Source: a virus (taxonomy: Duplodnaviria; Caudoviricetes). From it: 25,101 bases of DNA. The translations under genes were made by a program, and so were the position numbers. Location of the stretch: the IMG/VR virus record IMGVR_UViG_3300020045_003959, positions 1-25,101 of that record; one strand, written 5' to 3'. Under the pieces are notes generated by a model. The model worked only from the letters and a program-made list of their open reading frames with translations. It was not told where the DNA came from and made no database searches. This document shows, one piece after another, positions 16,301 to 23,279 of this stretch (position 1 is its first letter; every line of letters begins with the position of its first letter).

Positions 16301-16968
16301 GCCGCGCGCTCCTGCTTCAGCACAGAAAGCAGCTTCCCGACGTTCGCGCGGAACTCCGGGTCTTTCGGCATTGGCGCCACGGTCCCGGTAAGCAGACCGG
16401 CGATAACATTCCCGCGCGCATGGTCTTCGCTTGTCATTGGCGCCGGGAGATACGCGGCCGCTTGCGATCTGGTCAGCAGCCCTTTTGACTCGGCCGCCTG
16501 GATTGCATCTGCGCGTAGCATTGGATCGTGCCCGAGTGACGGATACCATTTCGGTTTGATACCAGTTATCCGGTTTTTCCGGATAACTCGCTCGTAAGCA
16601 TCGCGAAACGCCATTCGAGCGCCTATGTCGTCGCCGGAATTCATTACCGGGCGCGCTGCTGCCATAGCCTCGTTGATCTCTTCGTTTAGGATGACTGTTG
16701 CCGCTTCATCGAAAGCCGACAGCGCGATTCCCCAGGCTTCGTTTGCTCCCGGCCTTCCGTCCGCCTGCTCGATGCGCTCAACGACTGCGGCTTGCGTCAG
16801 CCGGCCAGGAAGTTCGCGCCGGCAGCGGGTCAGCGCGGCCATAATCGCCGGTTCTGAATGTTCGCCGGCCAGGTCGGACGCCATCGCCTTCATTGCGTCG
16901 GCAGAAAGCTGCGTTCCAGTCAGTTCGGCAGTGACAGCGATTGCCTTTACCACGTCGGATATGCTCAT
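16297..16968 (-). CDS. Putative replication accessory protein (lambda P position; helicase-loader-like)
   Basis: Directly downstream of the initiator with ATGA overlap; helical, with RPGANEAW motif; function by synteny only. Confidence 0.55.
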   Translation of the reverse strand: MSISDVVKAIAVTAELTGTQLSADAMKAMASDLAGEHSEPAIMAALTRCRRELPGRLTQAAVVERIEQADGRPGANEAWGIALSAFDEAATVILNEEINEAMAAARPVMNSGDDIGARMAFRDAYERVIRKNRITGIKPKWYPSLGHDPMLRADAIQAAESKGLLTRSQAAAYLPAPMTSEDHARGNVIAGLLTGTVAPMPKDPEFRANVGKLLSVLKQERAA

Positions 16969-17846
16969 GCTGCTGCCTCCGCTTCAAGCATTCGAATCGC
17001 TTCGTTTGCGGCGTTGAAATTCGATTGGGTACGGTCAGACTGTTGGGCGGATGTGGCCGTGACCATCCGCCCGGTTTGCCACTCCATGCGCAGCTTTTCG
17101 GCATCAGCAAGCAGTGATCCGGTGTCGTGGCATTTTTTGACGTAGTAGGCATTGGCATGGCAGACGAAGAAAGCGGCTACGCTGGGCGATTCATCGAATC
17201 CAAGCCGCTGCACGAACTGCTTTATCTGCCCGTTGATCTTCGCGTTTCTTACCGGCTTCGTTCCGTAGCGTGTGGCGTAAGCATCGGAGTACGCATCCCA
17301 TGTTTCCCTGCAAGCGGTTTGCAGAGCGGTTTCGGGGTCGGGTTGATTTTCGGGGTCGGTCGGCTTGCCGGCCGGTAACGCTCCATTCCTTTCCCCTTCC
17401 CCTTCCTCTTCCTTTCCTATTCCCTTCCTCTTCCCTTCCTGGGATTTTGGTATTTCCCCAACGCTTCCCCGTTGCTTCCCTTGTGCTTCACAGTTGTTTT
17501 CTTCAGGAGCTGGGAATTTTTCTCCTTCTGTTGCTTCTTTCCCCGATAGTCTCTGATGCTTCTCGAACGTCGGGACTTCGCCGTACTCTTTCCCTGCCAC
17601 TGTGTAGCGCTTAAGCATCCCGGCTGACTCGAGAATGGCAAGCGTTGCGGCCATATCGAACGGAAGAAACGGAAGAATATCGAGCTTCAGCATGCGTGGC
17701 TTCCACTCGAAGCGGCCCTTGTTGTCGCAGTGGCCCCAAAGACCTTCAAATACCATCATCGGGTAGGCGCCAGGGTGCGCGATTTCTAAATCCTGAAGGA
17801 TTTCATGTCGGAAGAAATCAGGCTTAACCGTGCGTATGCGTGCCAT
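16965..17846 (-). CDS. Phage replication initiator protein (O-like)
   Basis: MARIRTVKPDFF...GLWGHCDNKGRF...FEKHQ N-terminal domain typical of phage initiators; low-complexity central linker with DNA repeats. Confidence 0.8.
   Translation of the reverse strand: MARIRTVKPDFFRHEILQDLEIAHPGAYPMMVFEGLWGHCDNKGRFEWKPRMLKLDILPFLPFDMAATLAILESAGMLKRYTVAGKEYGEVPTFEKHQRLSGKEATEGEKFPAPEENNCEAQGKQRGSVGEIPKSQEGKRKGIGKEEEGEGERNGALPAGKPTDPENQPDPETALQTACRETWDAYSDAYATRYGTKPVRNAKINGQIKQFVQRLGFDESPSVAAFFVCHANAYYVKKCHDTGSLLADAEKLRMEWQTGRMVTATSAQQSDRTQSNFNAANEAIRMLEAEAAA
17385..17495. repeat. Candidate replication origin: four imperfect 11-bp tandem iterons plus a polypyrimidine/polypurine tract
   Basis: atttccccaac gcttccccgtt gcttcccttgt gcttcacagtt at 17452-17495; near-pure C/T tract at about 17385-17440; inside the initiator gene as in lambdoid phages. 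Confidence 0.55.
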
Positions 17847-18689
17847 TTACGCCGCCTCGCAATCAATCAATGAGCCTTGTTTGATCGCTGGCCGACCCAC
17901 TTGCTTAACTGGCCGCAAGAAAGAGCCTTGGCGCTCGTTGCTGGCGATCCAGTCGCTAGCCGCGCTGAAGAAGTTCTTCTTGATTTCGAAGCCGTAACCA
18001 CGCCGGCCCATGTTGTGCGCAGCGATCAGCGTTGAACCGCTTCCAGCGCAAGGGTCGATCACCACATCGCCTTCATCCGTGAAGATGCTGATAAGGCGCT
18101 CAAGCAGATTGACGGGCTTTTGTGTCGGGTGAATCTTCGGCGACGACGTGTCTTTGTCCCACTCGATGCAGTTGAAAACCATCTTTCCGTGGTTGTTGAA
18201 CTTCGGCAGTTTGTCCCGGTACAGGATCAGGCCGTATTCGCAGTTGCCGACGACGCGCATATTTGCCTTCAGCACCTGGGCGCTGAAGTTTTTGCGGAAG
18301 ACGAGATTGATGTACTTGTTCAAGCCGTATTTCTTGGCTTCTTCGATCAACTGAAACTGTTGCTCGAACGCACAGAACACGATCATTGCCGGAGCGCGGC
18401 CCGCCTCTTTCGGCTCCTTGATCATCAAGGTCGAGCAGAAGTGCAAGAACTCAGGAATACGGAAATCCTTGTCGGTATCAAAGAATTCTTTGCCGGCCAG
18501 TTCGCTTTCGCCGTTGGCGTTGTCGCCGCCGACATACCATGATGGATTCGATCCGTACGCGTTTATCCCGATGTTGTACGGAATGTCGGCGATCATCAAT
18601 TGCGCTCTCGGGATGTTGTAGCGTTTGAAGTTCTGAAAGTGGTCGTGATAGAGATTCACGCCCTTGACTTTTTCTGCTTGGTGCTCCAT
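17847..18689 (-). CDS. Second DNA N4/N6 methyltransferase (beta class, DIPY variant), 280 aa
   Basis: GGAGG SD before ATG at 18689; ADIPY, HPTQKPVNLL, DPCAGSGST, GFEIK. Confidence 0.9.
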   Translation of the reverse strand: MEHQAEKVKGVNLYHDHFQNFKRYNIPRAQLMIADIPYNIGINAYGSNPSWYVGGDNANGESELAGKEFFDTDKDFRIPEFLHFCSTLMIKEPKEAGRAPAMIVFCAFEQQFQLIEEAKKYGLNKYINLVFRKNFSAQVLKANMRVVGNCEYGLILYRDKLPKFNNHGKMVFNCIEWDKDTSSPKIHPTQKPVNLLERLISIFTDEGDVVIDPCAGSGSTLIAAHNMGRRGYGFEIKKNFFSAASDWIASNERQGSFLRPVKQVGRPAIKQGSLIDCEAA

Positions 18690-18732
18690 TATTTCCTCCG
18701 GTACTTCAACGCCAGCGATACGGGTGACAGCC

Positions 18733-18939
18733 CTAGCTGGCGTTTTTCTTTTCCGCGCCCGTCGCGGATGCCGTATTGCAATCAGTGCATACCCACCCGC
18801 CGCCAACCGCTTTTCTCCGGCCAGCGAACTGATACCGAACCGTCTTGCACGTCCGGCACAGGAAAGATGGTGTTGCTGCGCACGCGGGCTTGGCGTCCCT
18901 GAAGCGTGCGATCTGGCGGGGATGGGTTTCGAAGGTCAT
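18733..18939 (-). CDS. Small C4 zinc-ribbon protein (68 aa)
   Basis: CRTC...WVCTDC; TAATG coupling to the upstream ORF. Confidence 0.55.
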   Translation of the reverse strand: MTFETHPRQIARFRDAKPACAATPSFLCRTCKTVRYQFAGRRKAVGGGWVCTDCNTASATGAEKKNAS

Positions 18940-19067
18940 TACTCGTCGCCCTTGTCGCTCGAAAATCCGATTACCTGAGCGATCATGGCCACCACAACGA
19001 GGTAAGCGACGAAGAATCCGCAGCCGGCGAGAATGGATGAAAGCTTGATACCAAAGATGGCGATCAT
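18939..19067 (-). CDS. Small single-pass membrane protein (42 aa)
   Basis: MIAIFGIKLSSILAGCGFFVAYLVVVAMIAQVIGF hydrophobic stretch; ATGA coupling. Confidence 0.5.
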   Translation of the reverse strand: MIAIFGIKLSSILAGCGFFVAYLVVVAMIAQVIGFSSDKGDE

Positions 19068-19345
19068 GCTGCCCTCGCCCGGTGCGCTGACTTGTTGCGC
19101 GCCTGGTTGCGGCGCTTCTTGGCCATGCGCTTGACCTGTGCGCAACTCCAGCCGGGTCCGCTGGCATAGCCCCAGGGCGACACGTAGGCGCTATGCGTCG
19201 AACTGGCGCGGCGCGTAGCCGGTGGAGCGAGGCGCGGCGCGCTGACTGAATGCACAAGGCCAAGTTCGCTTTGCCCGGCCAGTACTGAGCCCATAGACGC
19301 TGACAGCCCGGCCGCGATGGCCACAGCCAAAAGTCGATTTCTCAT
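19064..19345 (-). CDS. Hypothetical basic protein (93 aa)
   Basis: ATGA overlaps at both ends; hydrophobic N-terminus, basic C-terminus AQVKRMAKKRRN. Confidence 0.6.
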   Translation of the reverse strand: MRNRLLAVAIAAGLSASMGSVLAGQSELGLVHSVSAPRLAPPATRRASSTHSAYVSPWGYASGPGWSCAQVKRMAKKRRNQARNKSAHRARAA

Positions 19346-19641
19346 TGAAGTAGGTCCAGTTGTTTTAAAGGAAGGCCGACCGGGCGAATGCAGACGCCAC
19401 TCACGCGATCGGGCCGGTTCGGTTTGGCGATCACGTCGCCGGTTTCGTACAGCAACTCATTCACGCGCGCCGAGATCGTCGACTTCTCCATCCCGAGCGC
19501 CTGAGCAATTTCCCCGATAGACCAGTCGCCGCCGCGTTGCTCGATCAGCGCCAGGATGCGGGCGCGCTGCTGCGAGGATTTGCCGGAGGCTCGGTGATCA
19601 TGGAAAGCGCTGATACTCGTGCTTATGGCTTGCGTTCTCAT
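19342..19641 (-). CDS. Winged-helix DNA-binding protein (99 aa)
   Basis: SIGEIAQALGMEKSTISARVNEL HTH. Confidence 0.8.
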   Translation of the reverse strand: MRTQAISTSISAFHDHRASGKSSQQRARILALIEQRGGDWSIGEIAQALGMEKSTISARVNELLYETGDVIAKPNRPDRVSGVCIRPVGLPLKQLDLLQ

Positions 19642-19835
19642 TTCCCCTTACCCTCCGGTTGCGTCGGATTGATCCCGGCAACGCGGCAAATCATCATCGC
19701 CTCACGGGCTTTAGCGGTCGCCCAGTCTTCAAGGAGCGAATTGATGAACGATGTGCGGCATTTGCCGGTTGCGCTGCAATACCCGTCGAGAACGGCGAGC
19801 GTTGTGTCTTTGGCTTCGAAGCGGATTTCTGGCAT
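19638..19835 (-). CDS. Small regulator at the CII position (possibly ribbon-helix-helix)
   Basis: Directly after cro; EIRFE strand followed by two helices; ATGA coupling to the next gene. Confidence 0.55.
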   Translation of the reverse strand: MPEIRFEAKDTTLAVLDGYCSATGKCRTSFINSLLEDWATAKAREAMMICRVAGINPTQPEGKGK

Positions 19836-19836
19836 A

Positions 19837-20019
19837 TCAGGCTGCCTTTTTTTGTGGCTTCTCGGCCTTGAGTTTGTTTTTTGTTACCACCTGAATCTGA
19901 TACTGCCGAAGTTCTGGAACATACTCGCCCCAATGGTGCGTAGCAGAAGGATCGATACCGATAGCAGCGGCAAGCGCCGTTCGGCTTCCAAAGTGGTCAA
20001 TTGCGGTTTGTGTTTTCAT
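19837..20019 (-). CDS. cro: Cro repressor (P22/N15-type)
   Basis: MKTQTAIDHFGSRTALAAAIGI..SA..HWGEYVPELRQYQIQVVT..KLKA matches the Cro family; divergent from the HTH repressor. Confidence 0.9.
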   Translation of the reverse strand: MKTQTAIDHFGSRTALAAAIGIDPSATHHWGEYVPELRQYQIQVVTKNKLKAEKPQKKAA

Positions 20020-20027
20020 AAAGGCAC

Positions 20028-20056
20028 ATTATGAGCACACTCACAACTAAAAGCAA
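20028..20056 (-). promoter_or_regulatory. PR promoter with overlapping operator OR
   Basis: TTGCTT-17 nt-CATAAT on the minus strand; palindromic operator TTATGAGCACACTCACAA at 20029-20046. Confidence 0.75.
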
Positions 20057-20102
20057 GCACAATCGTTCCCACGCTCACACCGGAGAAAGTTATGATATTT
20101 TG

Positions 20103-20501
20103 ATGAAACTTAGCTCCCAAATAACAGCGGCCAGAGAGCGCGCAGGAATGAACCAATCCGAACTAGCGCGAGCTTGCGGAGTGTCGCCTGGAGCAATAAA
20201 CAAACTAGAGGCGGGAGATACCAAAGCATTGTCTGGCGATCTTCTATTGCGTCTCAGTTTGGCGACGAACTCCGACCCGTTCGAATTTAGCGCAATCTCT
20301 AACGCAACTACGGCCGCCACGATACAGCGGCTAATCAGGGTCCGTCAGCTTTTCTCAAAGCTGCCTAAAGACAAACAGGTGAAGATGCTGCACTACCTGT
20401 CGGTAGAGGTCGCAGAGCTTGAAGCGGGCTTTAGTGAAGGACTGTTGGACGGTCGAATGCTCGACGCCTCCCAGAGTGTAAAGCCTCGCCGTGAAACTTG
20501 A
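20103..20501 (+). CDS. cI: CI-like XRE-family repressor (132 aa, no S24 peptidase domain)
   Basis: ITAARERAGMNQSELARACGVSPGAINKLEAG HTH; start re-called to ATG at 20103, 6 nt after TATGAT. Confidence 0.85.
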   Translation: MKLSSQITAARERAGMNQSELARACGVSPGAINKLEAGDTKALSGDLLLRLSLATNSDPFEFSAISNATTAATIQRLIRVRQLFSKLPKDKQVKMLHYLSVEVAELEAGFSEGLLDGRMLDASQSVKPRRET

Positions 20502-20808
20502 CCGCGTGAATCGTATCTGATGTGACGATAGCTGTAGTAAATACGCCGTTATCAGCCAGGCGATCCATGCACGCTTGTAGTTCTCCCAACAACTTTTCTA
20601 CGCTGTCCATTTTTCTGGGTTTTAGGTTTGATACCCGGCTAGGAAATTTATAGAGGAGTGCCGGGTTTTCCTCTTCGAAAAGTATTGCCCTGCTACATTT
20701 TGTTCCGTGTGACTTTATGCACAACCCCAAGCTATTTAGAGGGGTCGGCAACGGAATAATTTAAGCGCTATAACTAAAGTAATACCTTCCGCCAGGAGTC
20801 GCAAAGAC

Positions 20809-20832
20809 GGCCGCAATTATGCGGCTTTTTTT
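20809..20832 (+). terminator. Rho-independent terminator between cI and PL
   Basis: GCCGC-AATTAT-GCGGC followed by T7. Confidence 0.75.
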
Positions 20833-20848
20833 CGACCTTTAAAAATAA

Positions 20849-20901
20849 TTGTGAGTGTGCTCAAATTTTCGCTTGACTTACGTTGTGAGCGCACTCATAA
20901 T
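20849..20901 (+). promoter_or_regulatory. PL promoter with two operators
   Basis: TTGACT (20873-20878)-17 nt-CATAAT (20896-20901); operators TTGTGAGTGTGCTCA (20849-20863) and TTGTGAGCGCACTCATAA (20883-20900) share TGAG-N4-CTCA with OR. Confidence 0.85.
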
Positions 20902-21115
20902 CAATTCCGTCAACACCGCAACACGAACAGCAGCAAAGCAGCGCTTCGAAATCGATTCTCATGCGCCGGATGGTGATCCTCAGGATTCTCCCTTCTCCAT
21001 ACGGCAGCCGCAGAGTGAGTCATGGCACTCGGCAAAAAGTAGCGACAAGCGGACTGGCAGGCCGCTGTGAGAGGCGATTTCAAAGTGCTGTGAATTAAGT
21101 TTGTAGTGCGTAGCT

Positions 21116-21204
21116 GGGAGGGTGTAGCTCATCGGTTAGAGCGCTGAAGCCGGCCGGCTTACCCAAGGACAGAGGTAGCAAGTTCGAATCTTGCCATCCT
21201 CCCA
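21116..21204 (+). ncRNA. tRNA-like RNA or pseudo-tRNA with a non-canonical anticodon arm
   Basis: Acceptor stem GAGGGTG/CATCCTC, T8A9, D arm GCTC-ATCGGTTA-GAGC, T arm GCAAG-TTCGAAT-CTTGC; the anticodon region is 29 nt with no 5-bp stem/7-nt loop. Confidence 0.75.
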
Positions 21205-21371
21205 AGTACGCATTAGCTACGAGTGGCCGCGCCCACCACACACCAACGGGCGAGCTTTAAAACGCAGGCGGATCACGATCAAGTACGCCAAGGCCGAAAG
21301 ACACGATCAAGAGCGAGCCGCTAGTACCGGCGAAGTCAGTGAAAGCCTGACCGTGCAGCGGCCCCGACGAT

Positions 21372-21647
21372 ATGGGGCCGCGTTTCTCCCGAGGTTTCGA
21401 CGTGTCCGAACTGCTCCAACTGCTGACGCTGACGCCCTACCCGCTGCCGATGGATATGGTCCGCGTTCAGACGTTCATCGTTCCAGAAGACGCAACCGAG
21501 GATTCGTACTGCCCGCGATGCAATCTTGAATTGCCCGAATCAGCGTTCTACAAGAACCCGAAAACAGGCATCCGGCATGCTCAGTGCAAGCAGTGCGCTT
21601 ACAAGAAGTCGGCCCGATACCGGCAAAGGAAAATGAAATGCGCCTGA
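21372..21647 (+). CDS. Small C4 zinc-finger protein (start uncertain)
   Basis: CPRC..ELPESAFY......CKQC motif with a basic tail; end overlaps the next gene. Confidence 0.6.
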   Translation: MGPRFSRGFDVSELLQLLTLTPYPLPMDMVRVQTFIVPEDATEDSYCPRCNLELPESAFYKNPKTGIRHAQCKQCAYKKSARYRQRKMKCA

Positions 21648-21865
21648 TCAACTTTATCCGCCGAGTCTGTTTGATGTTCGTGATTCGCAGCCTCGAGATC
21701 CACCTGGCCGACCAATGCGCGATGTTGCGCACCGAACTGACCGCCGAAGGATTTGCCAAGGTGCTGACGGCCAAGACGCATACCCAGGACGATCTGGCGA
21801 AGGCCCGCAAGGAATACTCGGCGCTGATGAAGCCCGGCCAGCGCAGAACGTGGAAGACGGCCTAA
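21638..21865 (+). CDS. Hypothetical protein (75 aa)
   Basis: AAGGA SD; MRLINFIRRV...; phage-like codon usage. Confidence 0.6.
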   Translation: MRLINFIRRVCLMFVIRSLEIHLADQCAMLRTELTAEGFAKVLTAKTHTQDDLAKARKEYSALMKPGQRRTWKTA

Positions 21866-21950
21866 GCCATGAGCAACGACGGCGGAATCCAGTATTACCA
21901 ACAACACCAAAGCCAGCTTGAACAACTGAATATTGAATTGGAGAACATCA

Positions 21951-22610
21951 ATGTCTATCGCTTGCATGATCTTAGGGGAAAGCGGAACGGGCAAGACCAC
22001 CAGCCTTCGCAATCTCGACCCAGCACATACGCTTCTGATCCAGTCCGTCAAGAAACCGCTGCCGTTCCGTTCTAGCGACTGGAAGCCATGCACCAAGGAA
22101 AGCGGGTCTGTGTACGTTACCGACATCAGCGCCAACATGGTCGAAGCCATGAAGCGCACCCGCAAGGAAATCATCGTTATTGACGACTTCCAATACCTGC
22201 TTGCCAACGAATTCATGCGCCGAGTCACCGACGTTGAAGTCGGAAACGCCGCATTCGCCAAATACAACGAAATTGCTCGCCACGCATGGGATGTGCTGAT
22301 GGCCGCTACATCGCTGCCCGATCACAAGCGGGTTTATCTGTTGAGCCACACGTCGACCGACGATTTTGGAAAAACGAAGATCAAGACGATTGGCAAGTTG
22401 CTGGACGAAAAGATCGTCATGGAGGGGCTTGTAACCATCGTTCTGCGGACAGTGGTGCAGAACGGAAATTACCTGTTTTCAACGCAAAACAGCGGGTCTG
22501 ACACAGTTAAGTCACCTCTCGGAATGTTCGACTCTGAACTGATCGAGAACGATATTTCTGCCGTCGATTCCACGATTTTCAACTACTACGGCTTGAAAGA
22601 AGCCGCCTAA
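21951..22610 (+). CDS. Sak4-like / AAA_24 P-loop ATPase (single-strand annealing recombinase)
   Basis: GGAGA SD; Walker A GESGTGKT, Walker B IVIDD, KTIGKLLDEK, KSPLGMF; followed by an SSB-like gene. Confidence 0.8.
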   Translation: MSIACMILGESGTGKTTSLRNLDPAHTLLIQSVKKPLPFRSSDWKPCTKESGSVYVTDISANMVEAMKRTRKEIIVIDDFQYLLANEFMRRVTDVEVGNAAFAKYNEIARHAWDVLMAATSLPDHKRVYLLSHTSTDDFGKTKIKTIGKLLDEKIVMEGLVTIVLRTVVQNGNYLFSTQNSGSDTVKSPLGMFDSELIENDISAVDSTIFNYYGLKEAA

Positions 22611-22628
22611 CTACCGGAGCTTTGAATT

Positions 22629-23267
22629 ATGGAATATCAACTGAACGTCGAAGCCGCAAAACAAGCCGACAGCATCAACAGCCGAATTGACACGAGAGGC
22701 AAGTACCCAGGGATCCTGACCCGCGCCGAGCCGATTACAAGCAGAAAAGGAAGTCAGGGTGTCGACATGTCGTTCAAGTCCAATACGGGCGCAACGGCGG
22801 ATTACCTGACCATCTGGACGCACAACGCAGACGGCAAACAGCTTCAGGGCTTCAATGCGCTGATGGCAATCATGACCTGTATGCGAGTCAAGTCTCTCAA
22901 GGCTGAAGTTGGCGAAATCGAGAAATATGACCAAGAGCAGCAGAAGCGCGTCAAGGTCAGCACGCCGATTTTCAAGGAACTGATGAACAAGCCGTTTGGC
23001 CTCGTCATCCATATGGAAGAGTACGAAAAGACGGCAGGCGGAACGGCTTGGAAGCCTGCTATCTCCGGCGTGTTCGACAAAGACGAATTCACCGCAAGCG
23101 AAATCTTGAACAAGGCGCAGAAGCCTGGAACGCTCGACAAGATGCTTGACGCGCTTCGTGATCGCCCGCTGAAGGCCGGCGCGCAGCCACCGAAACAAAC
23201 ACCAACGAGCAGCACGGCGCCATCTGGCGGCCCGTTTGCTGACATGGACGACGACATTCCTTTCTAA
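22629..23267 (+). CDS. Single-stranded DNA-binding protein (phage type)
   Basis: Acidic SSB tail DMDDDIPF; beta-rich N-terminus; adjacent to the Sak4-like ATPase. Confidence 0.75.
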   Translation: MEYQLNVEAAKQADSINSRIDTRGKYPGILTRAEPITSRKGSQGVDMSFKSNTGATADYLTIWTHNADGKQLQGFNALMAIMTCMRVKSLKAEVGEIEKYDQEQQKRVKVSTPIFKELMNKPFGLVIHMEEYEKTAGGTAWKPAISGVFDKDEFTASEILNKAQKPGTLDKMLDALRDRPLKAGAQPPKQTPTSSTAPSGGPFADMDDDIPF

Positions 23268-23279
23268 TTGGACGACAAC

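Noticed and set aside
15614-16549. Long N-terminal extensions on the MTase ORFs (also 15332-15490 and 18690-18806)
   Set aside because: Two of the extensions overlap upstream genes in another frame; starts at 16300, 15331 and 18689 have coupling or SD support and place the family motifs at the N-terminus.
20883-20900. Resemblance of the operators to the lac operator (TTGTGAGCG...)
   Set aside because: The spacing differs (TGAG-N4-CTCA) and the sites sit at PR and PL as expected for phage CI/Cro operators; no evidence of vector sequence.
21116-21204. Calling this a functional tRNA with a specific anticodon
   Set aside because: No 5-bp stem with a 7-nt loop exists, so no anticodon can be assigned.
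21315-21365. Possible group II intron domain V or self-cleaving ribozyme next to the tRNA-like element
   Set aside because: GAGCCG...GAAA similarity is superficial; helix length and bulge do not fit domain V, and I could not build a hammerhead or HDV-like fold by eye.
21869-22075. 68-aa ORF MSNDGGIQYYQQ...
   Set aside because: It overlaps the Sak4-like gene by 125 nt and has no motif; it may be real but cannot be supported from sequence alone.
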